Shown here piece by piece: positions 20,717 to 28,966 of a stretch of 64,000 bases of DNA (positions within the stretch are counted from its first letter, which is position 1; each line of letters opens with the position of its first letter). This DNA comes from an uncultured Candidatus Saccharibacteria bacterium. GTDB lineage: Bacteria > Patescibacteriota > Minisyncoccia > Minisyncoccales > JANBVM01. The notes under the pieces are model-generated. The model was not told the DNA's origin, ran no database searches, and saw only the letters and a program-made list of their open reading frames with translations. Position numbers and translations under genes: made by a program. The stretch spans positions 3,742 to 67,741 of the forward strand of contig CAZEQH010000002.1 of NCBI GenBank assembly GCA_964514375.1, written 5' to 3'.

Positions 20717-20886
20717 GGAGGGCCGGAGACAGAGCTTTGGTTAATTATTTATGTTGCTGGTCCAACCCGTTATTTACCGGCCCTCTGTTATTAATACAAA
20801 AGATTACCAGGTTTATTTCAATAATTCAAATGAAAAAGCCATCAGCATGATGGTTGAATTATACCGCGCTATAGTGTTTCCTCTTT

Positions 20887-21543
20887 TTAAACTTTACCTT
20901 CCCATTCCCGGAAAAATCTGTTTAGATATTTTTCCATGAATTCATGTCTTTCTCTAGCCAACTTTTTACCGGTTTCAGTGTGCATCCTATTTTTCAAAAG
21001 AAGCAATTTTTCATAAAAGTGGTTGATGCTGGGACTGTTGTTCTTTTTGTATTCTGCGAAAGATTTATGTTTTTTGGGTTTTATATTCGGATTGTAAATT
21101 TGTCTTCCCACGTTTCCTCCGTAGGCGAAACACCTGGATATGCCTATGGCTCCTATGGCGTCAAGCCGGTCTGCATCCTGGACCGTTTTGCCTTCCGGAG
21201 AATCAAGCTTATCCTTGACGCCGGCCCCTTTGAAAGATACGTCCTTGATAATACTGCAGACGTGAGAAACAATCTTATCTTCTACGCCCAAGCTTTCCAG
21301 CCACTCTTTGGCTATTATGGCTCCGACGGAGTCATCTCCTTTGTCCTGGAATTTCCAATCAGCTATATCATGAAGGAGAGCAGCCAATTCTACCACGAAT
21401 AGATCAGCCCCTTCTTCTTTGCCGATCCTTTTTGCCATTTTATTTACTCTCAAAGTATGCCACCAGTCGTGGCCTGTTCCTTCTCCGCGAAGTTTGTTTT
21501 TCGCAAACCTTTCGGTTTTTTCAATGATTTCTTCTTTATTCAA
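20887..21543 (-). CDS. HD-domain phosphohydrolase
   Basis: HTLRVNKMAKRI ... LAALLHDIADWKF: H..HD motifs. Confidence 0.65.
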   Translation of the reverse strand: MNKEEIIEKTERFAKNKLRGEGTGHDWWHTLRVNKMAKRIGKEEGADLFVVELAALLHDIADWKFQDKGDDSVGAIIAKEWLESLGVEDKIVSHVCSIIKDVSFKGAGVKDKLDSPEGKTVQDADRLDAIGAIGISRCFAYGGNVGRQIYNPNIKPKKHKSFAEYKKNNSPSINHFYEKLLLLKNRMHTETGKKLARERHEFMEKYLNRFFREWEGKV

Positions 21544-21569
21544 ATTTTCTCTTCCAGGATTTCCTGAAT

Positions 21570-22046
21570 TTATCTCTTGATAATGAACCAGCCGCTGCTT
21601 TCAGCGGATTGACTCGTTCCTTCCGGGAAGGGGCTTTCATGTATTAATAATTCAAGAGTGGCCCCTTGATATTCTGGTCCTGGAAAAATTTCATCGGTCG
21701 TTGTCCAGGAATAACTGTCCTGGGAAGCAGTAACGTCCTTGGCTATCCATCCGTCAATCTCAGCTCCCGAACCCTCCCTTTTATAGCCGATATCGATAGT
21801 ATCTACTCCTGAAGATTCCCAGGACACATCAACCGTATCTCCCACCGTAAAGGTTTCCCCTCCCGCAGGAGAGGTTACCTTAATATAGGGGCTGCTATTT
21901 TCCGTCATCTCTACCATGGTAAAGGGTCCTTCCTCCTCAATGTTCTGTGATTGCTTTATGGTGAATAATCCTGCGAGTATGGCTAAAATCAGTACTATGC
22001 CCAGAGCCAGCGTTGTTGATACACCTCTATTTAAAAGTTTGAACAT
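21570..22046 (-). CDS. secreted/membrane-anchored hypothetical protein
   Basis: N-terminal TM/signal sequence, Ser/Thr/Gly-rich ectodomain. Confidence 0.4.
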   Translation of the reverse strand: MFKLLNRGVSTTLALGIVLILAILAGLFTIKQSQNIEEEGPFTMVEMTENSSPYIKVTSPAGGETFTVGDTVDVSWESSGVDTIDIGYKREGSGAEIDGWIAKDVTASQDSYSWTTTDEIFPGPEYQGATLELLIHESPFPEGTSQSAESSGWFIIKR

Positions 22047-22093
22047 AGTGTTTGTTTTTTCTTAATCCTTGGCCTTCCTAATTTATTATACGT

Positions 22094-23035
22094 CTATTTC
22101 AGGTATTTTTCGATGTTCTCCAAGTGTTCCTCATAGGTTTTGGCAGGATGTATCTGGCCTTCACTGTCGTGGAGATAAAAGAAATACTCCGTGTCTCCTG
22201 AGTCAACCACGGCGTTTAAAGCCGCCAAGCCGGGATTGCAGATGGGAGCAGGAGGCCTCCCTTTATGCAGATAAGTATTATAAGGTGAATCTATTTTGTA
22301 ATCTTCCGGTTTTACAGAAGACCACCAATTGCCTGGTTTTCCCAGAGCATACTGGACAGTGGCGTCTATTTCAAACTTCATGTCATTCAACCATCTGTTC
22401 CAGATTATGGCGGCAATCAGAGGCATTTCTTTTTCACTGCCAGCCTCTCTCTGGATAATGGAGGCCAGGATAACCAAAGTATTGTTCAGGATACGGCTTT
22501 CTGCAGCACGTTTAAATATTTCGATGGTTTGTTCGTTAAAGTTGCTTTCCATCCTGGTCGCTGTTTCCTGGCCTGTATAATCCAAATTAAATAGATAGGT
22601 ATCAGGGAACAAATATCCTTCTTCAGCAGTTGAGATGAATTCTTGCTTTTTACTATCTGCCCATCCCAGCTGCTCAGCTATTCTATCGGCCACTTCCTCT
22701 TTCCTTAAGCCTTCCGGTATGACTACCCACTTTTGATAAGGATGATTGACTAAAATGTCTGCCAGCTCCCAGGCATTCATGCCTCTGGAGATTAGATACC
22801 CTCCCGGCTTAATCTGTCCCAGGAATCCCCTCACCTGCATCACTAATTTGAATGCCCACTCGGTTCTTATATAACCTTCCTCTTTTAGTTTGGTAATTAT
22901 TTCCGTTTGCCCTGCATTAAGGTTGATTACAAAGCGTTCTTCTGCAGCTTTTCCTTCCGGAGCTGAAAACTGGTATAGAAAAAACAGAACCGCTATGACA
23001 GGCAGTATGGCTATTATAATTTTTTTCTTGTCCAT
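22094..23035 (-). CDS. mltG: endolytic murein transglycosylase MltG (YceG-like)
   Basis: N-terminal TM; YceG motifs GGYLISRGMNAWELADIL and SPYNTYLHKGRPPAPICNPG. Confidence 0.85.
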   Translation of the reverse strand: MDKKKIIIAILPVIAVLFFLYQFSAPEGKAAEERFVINLNAGQTEIITKLKEEGYIRTEWAFKLVMQVRGFLGQIKPGGYLISRGMNAWELADILVNHPYQKWVVIPEGLRKEEVADRIAEQLGWADSKKQEFISTAEEGYLFPDTYLFNLDYTGQETATRMESNFNEQTIEIFKRAAESRILNNTLVILASIIQREAGSEKEMPLIAAIIWNRWLNDMKFEIDATVQYALGKPGNWWSSVKPEDYKIDSPYNTYLHKGRPPAPICNPGLAALNAVVDSGDTEYFFYLHDSEGQIHPAKTYEEHLENIEKYLK

Positions 23036-23074
23036 ACTTTTATCTTACTTTTTACCTTACGGACTATCAAGAGA

Positions 23075-23105
23075 CAAAATAAAAAATGCCCCAAAGGGAG
23101 GCATT
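23075..23105 (-). terminator. intrinsic terminator after the dut-fusion gene
   Basis: AATGCC-(ccaaagggag)-GGCATT hairpin followed on the minus strand by TTTTATTTT. Confidence 0.45.
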
Positions 23106-23115
23106 AAGTAGTTTT

Positions 23116-23976
23116 TTATATTATCACATGACGTATACTGACTCCGGATTCTTTCAGGATAATCGCGCCTTTTGAAGTATCAATGCCTTTCAACAAAACA
23201 ACATTCTCTGTACCGCTTTCAACTATTAATCTGGCGCATACCTCACACGGGCTCGCGTTGAGATACATGTCACTGCCCTTAGTTGAAGCGCCGCCGCTGA
23301 CCACCAAATTGCTCAAGGCCTGCATCACGGCACAGATTTCAGTTTGTTTGCCTATGGAGACAATCTTGCCATCTTTGACTATTACGCAAGCTGCTTTTCT
23401 GAAAGAATATTCAGAGGTTAAGACGGCAATATTCATATAATACTTATCCTGTTCGGCAATCTTCTCGTGATATTCTTTGGTGCCTTCCTGAATTTCAAAC
23501 AGACCGGTGGAACCGAATCCCCCGGCTCCCCTGAGGGTTTTTGGAAGCTCTTCAACTTCTTCCAATACGGGAACTTTGACATCCGAAAAAATCAACTGGG
23601 CCACTCTCATGCCCTCCGTTATCGTGAAAGGCTCTTTGCCCCGGTTCCTGAGAAGCACTCCTGCTTCTCCCCTGAAATCAGGGTCTATGGTGCCCGGTGA
23701 ATTCGATAGTTCAATGTCATATTTGCTTGCCAAACCGCTTCTTGGCCTTACTTCGCACTGCCACGGCCAGGGAATGGCAAATTGAACTCCTATTCCTATC
23801 AAGACGCTCTCTCCCGGATTAATCGTTACGGGGAAGCTGCCGATTACCTCTCTGGTCATCTTGTCTAAAATGACTGAAGCATATACGTCGTATCCTATGG
23901 CTCCGTTTGAAGCTCTTTTCGGAATTTCAGAATCTTCTCTAATCCTTCTTACCTTAACATTCATTATTTTCATCAC
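23116..23976 (-). CDS. dut: dUTPase fused to a C-terminal dCMP-deaminase-like domain with a degenerate active site
   Basis: dUTPase motifs IGYDVYA, GTIDPDFRGE, RGAGGFGSTG in the N-terminal 160 aa. The C-terminal 120 aa align to the deoxycytidylate deaminase fold (SPCEVCARLIVESG = PCxxCA), but the HAE zinc/catalytic motif reads CAV (ICAVMQAL). Confidence 0.75.
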   Translation of the reverse strand: MMKIMNVKVRRIREDSEIPKRASNGAIGYDVYASVILDKMTREVIGSFPVTINPGESVLIGIGVQFAIPWPWQCEVRPRSGLASKYDIELSNSPGTIDPDFRGEAGVLLRNRGKEPFTITEGMRVAQLIFSDVKVPVLEEVEELPKTLRGAGGFGSTGLFEIQEGTKEYHEKIAEQDKYYMNIAVLTSEYSFRKAACVIVKDGKIVSIGKQTEICAVMQALSNLVVSGGASTKGSDMYLNASPCEVCARLIVESGTENVVLLKGIDTSKGAIILKESGVSIRHVII

Positions 23977-24052
23977 TTCTGATTTTTAAAGAGAACTGGA
24001 TTCAACTTACTAAAAAGAACAGAAAAATCAAGATAATGCCGTTACTTAATCA

Positions 24053-24088
24053 AAAACTGCCCCTATACCTTGCGGTCGGGGCAGTTTC
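24053..24088 (-). terminator. intrinsic terminator after the B-repeat protein gene
   Basis: CTGCCCC ... GGGGCAG stem with an inner ACC/GGT; the minus strand continues TTTTTGATT. Confidence 0.45.
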
Positions 24089-24184
24089 TGAATTAATCTT
24101 TTTCTCCTTTCAAATTTACAAATCATTATAAACTTGAAAGAAAAAAAAGAAAAAAAAGATTATTTCTTCTTATTATTAAGTTTT

Positions 24185-24736
24185 CTATACCTCTCTGAAG
24201 TAAGCCTGTAAGGTCCTGTTTGAATTCATAACAATGGGGATTGGGTTGTCGTCTCCCGTGACGTTGCTGATGAACCAGTGTTCAAATACCCAAAAAGCAT
24301 TGGATATAGCCGTTACATACACGATGGTTCTGCTTCGGTATATGTGTACTCCTTCGCCAGGATCAGTACCGCCGCCGCCGAAAATCTCTATGGTAAGTGA
24401 GTAATTGAAGAATGGACCTTCTTCTACAAAGTTGGCTATGATATCTTTATCTCCGTCGATGATTATCGTTATCTTAGTTTCATTACCGCTAGCGTCTCCA
24501 TGCCATCCTTCCAACATAGAGCCTGGGTATGAATAAGCATTTATCTCCAGTTTGGTTCCTTCCGGATAGTAATGGCTGCCCGGGTCCGGGTCCGTTGTTC
24601 CCTCCCCCGTAATGCTTATGCTTAAACAGTAATTTACAGGAGATTTTGAATTTAGAATCAGCACAGGTATTAACACGCTTAAGGTTGCTATGGTTGCTAT
24701 AACTGTTATCAGGATAATTTTATTGAATCTTTTCAT
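24185..24736 (-). CDS. secreted protein with two divergent InlB B-repeat (Listeria-Bacteroides repeat) domains
   Basis: N-terminal TM/signal; two copies of Y.L.I.G.GTTDP.PG.H.Y.EGT.L...A.P..G..F..W.G (YCLSISITGEGTTDPDPGSHYY... and YSLTIEIFGGGGTDPGEGVHIY...). Confidence 0.6.
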   Translation of the reverse strand: MKRFNKIILITVIATIATLSVLIPVLILNSKSPVNYCLSISITGEGTTDPDPGSHYYPEGTKLEINAYSYPGSMLEGWHGDASGNETKITIIIDGDKDIIANFVEEGPFFNYSLTIEIFGGGGTDPGEGVHIYRSRTIVYVTAISNAFWVFEHWFISNVTGDDNPIPIVMNSNRTLQAYFREV

Positions 24737-24912
24737 CCTTTTTTACCTCTTTTAAATTATTAAGTTTCTGCCTGTATTTAAAAATAATTATGACATTTTG
24801 TCAATAGCTTATCGCGGCAGAGCAAAAAATAAAAAGATAAGAATTACTTCTTATCTAATTAAGAAAAAAATATTTAGGATTATTTTTATCACATTTTCCA
24901 ATTCCTTCCTCT

Positions 24913-26493
24913 TCATAGGTCGCGGTCGTAATCATCGTCATAAGGCCTTCTTGTCACTGGTTCATTACTTATTGGTCTTCTGTATTGTGTCCCACCTTCT
25001 TGCCTTCTTTTCCTCGGGTAGGGACCGCGGTCGTAAATCTCCTCGTGATAGTTTCTCGTTGCACTTTCATGTTGCCTTTCTCTTTCCTCTTCCCGTTCCA
25101 TCTCTCGCTTTTTCTTTTTTCTCTTTTTTACACTCTTTTTGATTCTCTTAGGAATCACTTTTACAAAGGATATATAGGCCGCTATTATAATTACTATAAT
25201 GATTACAATAAGAATCAATAAGGGAGCAAAAACGACCAACAAAGACAAAAGGTCATTCATAAAGTCTTCAAAGGTGTAAGGATCTAATGGCGGCTCAACA
25301 TCATAATCTCCTACTATGCTGCCGTCCCACACCCAGTCCCCCATAATTAGATAGGGGTCGTTGAGTATGGTGCGGCTCAATTCAGCTGTAGTCGGTATAC
25401 TTGCCACGAATTCTACGTCTACGTCAAACGTCCACCTTAGCGCAAAATTACATACATGAGCTCCGACAACTCTTTTTGGAGCGACGCTGGATGCGGGACC
25501 GTAGACGGCATCCAAATTGCCGGCCCAGAACCCCCACTCCCAGAACACCACGCCTGCTTTTCTGATGTGATTATACTGGACATACTCATAGGTTTCAGGC
25601 GCCAGTAAAGTGTATAAGTCAAAGGTGAACATCCTGTTATTCGCTGGGTTGGGATTATTAAATCCCGTTCCTATTTGACTGCCTCCGACTTTCGATTGAG
25701 TTATGGTTGCTCCTCTTTGAATGGGACCCGCCTGCCATCCGAGGCCGTAATCATTGTAATAATTGATAATCTTTTGTTGGTCAGAATCAAAGTCGTCCAT
25801 TTCTACCAGGCTTACCTTTCCCTCATCTATATTGGAAAGATTTTCGAAAGTATCATTGTAAACTCCTATTGGCGAGGAAGTTAAATTTGCCACAGTAACT
25901 TTTAATACATCTCCCTTGATATAAGGAGTATGATAAGTTGCATTTCCAAGAGTCACCGAACCATTCATGCCTGTAAGTTCCTTTATCCCTACCGTTACAG
26001 GTAAGAAAACCGAATATTCGAACAGGTTTACGTTGCCTCCGTAATCAAGCTGATTCCATTCCGCAGAATAAGTTTCCATAAAGTTTCCATACATCTTCGC
26101 CCTTATTATTGCTAAAAAAAGTTCCTTCACGTGCTTATCTAAATTTAAATTCGGGAATTCATTCCTGATGCCCACAATTGTATGGGCAGTTATAGAAAAT
26201 TCATATTTTGCTCTGGCTTTATAAAGAATAGCATCGTCGGTCACACTGAATACCCCCAGATTCTCGAACTCCGTGAAACTTTCGCCTCCCGAAGAAAAAA
26301 CAATCTTATTCCTCGGCAATTCTCCTGTGTCGACATCACCCAGACCAACATACAGCCAATTCGCTTTAATTATGGATGTATTGTCATCGAATGAAGCCTT
26401 CGGTTTTTGACTCTTTGATGTGGACTTCGCGCTGTCAATAGGTACGCCTACGCCTGGCAGTAGAAAAGCGATAAAAACAATTCCGATAATCAA
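24913..26493 (-). CDS. large type-I membrane/surface protein with a highly charged cytoplasmic tail (TTG start)
   Basis: Signal-like N-terminus, a ~430-aa ectodomain with no known motif, one C-terminal TM (LLILIVIIIVIIIAAYISFV), then a KKRKKKKREMEREEERERQ... tail. The first codon is TTG with AGGAAAAG upstream. Confidence 0.5.
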   Translation of the reverse strand: MIIGIVFIAFLLPGVGVPIDSAKSTSKSQKPKASFDDNTSIIKANWLYVGLGDVDTGELPRNKIVFSSGGESFTEFENLGVFSVTDDAILYKARAKYEFSITAHTIVGIRNEFPNLNLDKHVKELFLAIIRAKMYGNFMETYSAEWNQLDYGGNVNLFEYSVFLPVTVGIKELTGMNGSVTLGNATYHTPYIKGDVLKVTVANLTSSPIGVYNDTFENLSNIDEGKVSLVEMDDFDSDQQKIINYYNDYGLGWQAGPIQRGATITQSKVGGSQIGTGFNNPNPANNRMFTFDLYTLLAPETYEYVQYNHIRKAGVVFWEWGFWAGNLDAVYGPASSVAPKRVVGAHVCNFALRWTFDVDVEFVASIPTTAELSRTILNDPYLIMGDWVWDGSIVGDYDVEPPLDPYTFEDFMNDLLSLLVVFAPLLILIVIIIVIIIAAYISFVKVIPKRIKKSVKKRKKKKREMEREEERERQHESATRNYHEEIYDRGPYPRKRRQEGGTQYRRPISNEPVTRRPYDDDYDRDL

Positions 26494-26667
26494 GACTAAC
26501 GATCTTTTCCTGTGAATTTTTTATCACCTCTTTTTTTTGAAAGATCTAGTGTGCATTTCTACACGCTGCAAGCCCTGTTTAACACTTCATAAGTGTTTTT
26601 GTCAAGAGTTCTCAAATAAAAACTCACTTTTGAAAAAGTGAGAAAAAAAATTTTTAAAAAAATCAGA

Positions 26668-27714
26668 TTAAACCATAGAGAAAAAAGCTTCTGCTTTAGT
26701 GTTCGAATCAATAGTAATGGTAATCGTCCTGTCGAAGTACGCTCTGCCGTTCACGCCCCAATATTGGAATTTTGCACCCATAAAGTCTATCGCGCTGAGA
26801 GTCATCGTAGTACCCTTAAGTATATCGTAGTACGTGCCCGCCGGAGGGGCAGTTATTCCTCCGCCGTATGTCTTAATGGTCAGAGTATACTTTGGGATAG
26901 GAACAAAGTGAACGGTTACAGTTTTGTCGCCGTCTATTACGGTAGTTACCGGGTTAGCAGACGAAGAGATGTCTCCGCTGAAATGATCAAATCTGTAGCC
27001 ATACAATGGAATGGCTGCCAGTGTAATTTCCGTGCTGTAGATGAACTCATAAGTACCGCTTCCTCCTAAATTAGTAATTCCCTCTCCATCTATTATAATC
27101 GTGAGTGAGCATCTATTCGTAAAGTGTGCCGTAAAATTCATGTCTTCAAACACGAACGTGCTTACTGTTTTTTCGGTGCTGTTAATAGGCCCTGTCCAGC
27201 ATTGGAATTTCCATCCTGGAACCGATTCTACCGCAGTCAGATTGAGCAGAGTGCCGGCTGCATACAAATGATCTCCTACACCAGGTATCACTGTCCCCTG
27301 ACCATCAACGTTTATACTCAACGTATAATTTGTAATGGGTATCGTTCTGAAGTAAGCAGTAACGTCAGCGTCATAGCTCATATTTAAGAAAAGTATCCTT
27401 TCCTTAGCTGTGCCTCCTTTGATGTTACCGGCCCAGTGGTCGAACATCGAACCGGGATAGGGCTGGGCTATTAGAACGGTGGTCTCGTCTTTCTTGCGCT
27501 GATATTCGCCTGGAACGGGGCTGGTGGTTCCGTTCCCCACAGCGTTTATGGTTAACTTAACATTAACGGGAATAGGATTGTACGGGTTGTTACCGCCGTT
27601 TCCAAGGTTGGGATTTAACTTAATAGCGGCAAATATCCCCACAGACAGAGAAGCACCCACAATTAGAATTATTACTAAGGCAGTAATAATCACTTTCTTT
27701 TTCTTCTTTTCCAT
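26668..27714 (-). CDS. secreted protein with four divergent InlB B-repeat domains
   Basis: N-terminal MEKKKKKVIITALVIILIVGA signal/TM; four copies of the Y.L.I...G.G......G.Y.....T..L.A.P..G..F..W.G repeat. Confidence 0.6.
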   Translation of the reverse strand: MEKKKKKVIITALVIILIVGASLSVGIFAAIKLNPNLGNGGNNPYNPIPVNVKLTINAVGNGTTSPVPGEYQRKKDETTVLIAQPYPGSMFDHWAGNIKGGTAKERILFLNMSYDADVTAYFRTIPITNYTLSINVDGQGTVIPGVGDHLYAAGTLLNLTAVESVPGWKFQCWTGPINSTEKTVSTFVFEDMNFTAHFTNRCSLTIIIDGEGITNLGGSGTYEFIYSTEITLAAIPLYGYRFDHFSGDISSSANPVTTVIDGDKTVTVHFVPIPKYTLTIKTYGGGITAPPAGTYYDILKGTTMTLSAIDFMGAKFQYWGVNGRAYFDRTITITIDSNTKAEAFFSMV

Positions 27715-27805
27715 TCATTATCACTCTCTTTTTATTCTAATCATTATTTATTTGTAGAGTTGCTGTGTTTATTCAACATTAACCAAGTGGTTTTGTCAAT
27801 AGTAC

Positions 27806-27839
27806 ATTAAATAAAAGAACCACCCTTGAGAATGGTTCT
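27806..27839 (-). terminator. intrinsic terminator
   Basis: AGAACCA-(cccttgagaa)-TGGTTCT hairpin plus TTTATTT on the minus strand. Confidence 0.45.
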
Positions 27840-27870
27840 GAATTTCTATATGAAAGAAAAGAGCTTAGCC

Positions 27871-28131
27871 TTAAAGAAACGCTAATCCTACATAGGTAAA
27901 GAAAGCGGCTACGGCTGTGGCTAATGGTGTAACAACGAAAATTAAAAGAAACTTGGTATGTCTTTTAAATTCTTTTATCTCTTCATCCTTTAAATCCCAT
28001 GATGCTTTCATTATTATCTCTTTCGCATCCAATTCGCTTTGGCGTTTCATTTCTTCGTATTTAGACTTTATTTTATCTTTATACGCTCCTCTTACTGGAA
28101 AAAATTCTTTTTGCTGTTTTGCTTCTACCAT
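27871..28131 (-). CDS. small tail-anchored membrane protein, hypothetical
   Basis: 86 aa, charged N-terminal 60 aa, then a single C-terminal TM helix. Confidence 0.4.
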   Translation of the reverse strand: MVEAKQQKEFFPVRGAYKDKIKSKYEEMKRQSELDAKEIIMKASWDLKDEEIKEFKRHTKFLLIFVVTPLATAVAAFFTYVGLAFL

Positions 28132-28341
28132 TTAGTTCTCACCTTTTTCCAATCTGTTTTTAAATTTCTATGCTTTTCTAAATCTTTTTGATTAATTTGT
28201 CAACACCAAACCCAAGCTGAACGCTTGGGTTAATAATCTCCAATAACTTAAAGCCGATAACTCATAACTGGAAATTACGGAGTAATTTCTGCTGGGGGTC
28301 TATTTCATTTGACAAAAAGTTCTTTCTAGGACTTTCGGAAG

Positions 28342-28602
28342 TTAAGTATTAAAGGTGTCTTTCAGCATTGCCCTTAAGGTGGTTTTCCCTTTGGTTGTCT
28401 TTAAATACCGTTCCCTTCTCCTTGTATCTTCTTTCGAGATATAAGCTTCATAGAAGATAAGATTAAATGGAGCGTAATGTTTAGTTGATAATTCTTCCTT
28501 ATTGTTATGTTCTTTGAAACGTCTTTTTAAATCGCGGGTTACACCAACATAAACGAAATCTTTATTCAAACTTTTTAAAACATAAACGTAATGAAATTTC
28601 AT
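28342..28602 (-). CDS. GIY-YIG nuclease family protein (small, UPF0213/YhbQ-like)
   Basis: YVYVLKS ... FVYVGVTRDLKRRFKEHN: GIY-YIG motif with the conserved Arg and Glu/Asn. Start trimmed to MKFHYVYVL. Confidence 0.75.
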   Translation of the reverse strand: MKFHYVYVLKSLNKDFVYVGVTRDLKRRFKEHNNKEELSTKHYAPFNLIFYEAYISKEDTRRRERYLKTTKGKTTLRAMLKDTFNT

Positions 28603-28692
28603 AAAAATAGAGAGGGGACGCACCATTCGGTGCATCCCTCCCTCTCATACGATTCGGTCTTGCTTTGCGCAAGCCCTGTACCGTATGGTATG

Positions 28693-28766
28693 GGGTTGCC
28701 GGGCTAGGGCTCGAACCTAGATTGAGGGCTTCAAAGGCCCCTGTCCTACCATTAGACGACCCGGCA
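28693..28766 (-). tRNA. tRNA-Gln (anticodon TTG)
   Basis: Reverse complement folds as a cloverleaf: acceptor TGCCGGG/CCCGGCA, D-arm GTCT-AATGGTA-GGAC, anticodon stem GGGGC/GCCCT with loop CTTTGAA (U33, TTG, A37), T-arm CTAGG-TTCGAGC-CCTAG, discriminator A. No encoded CCA. Confidence 0.7.
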
Positions 28767-28966
28767 AGATATATAACTACCATTAGACCCGCCTCGCCGA
28801 TGACTCGGCGAGTCGAGGCGGGCGACCCGGCATTTTTTATGGATTCCTTCTATCCATCCCTGAATCTTTCTATTAAGGTTTACACTCTTTTTCACGATTA
28901 TCCTTAATAGTCCATAATAATCATTCTCCGGTATTTTTTCTATAAGGCTATATCTTTATAAATAAA

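Noticed and set aside
28562-28783. 73-aa minus-strand ORF (MVVIYLAGSSNGRTGAFEALNLGSSPSP...)
   Set aside because: It is the tRNA-Gln gene and flanks read as protein. The SSNGRT...FEA...GSSP pattern is the classic translation of a tRNA T-arm/acceptor. It is not a CDS.
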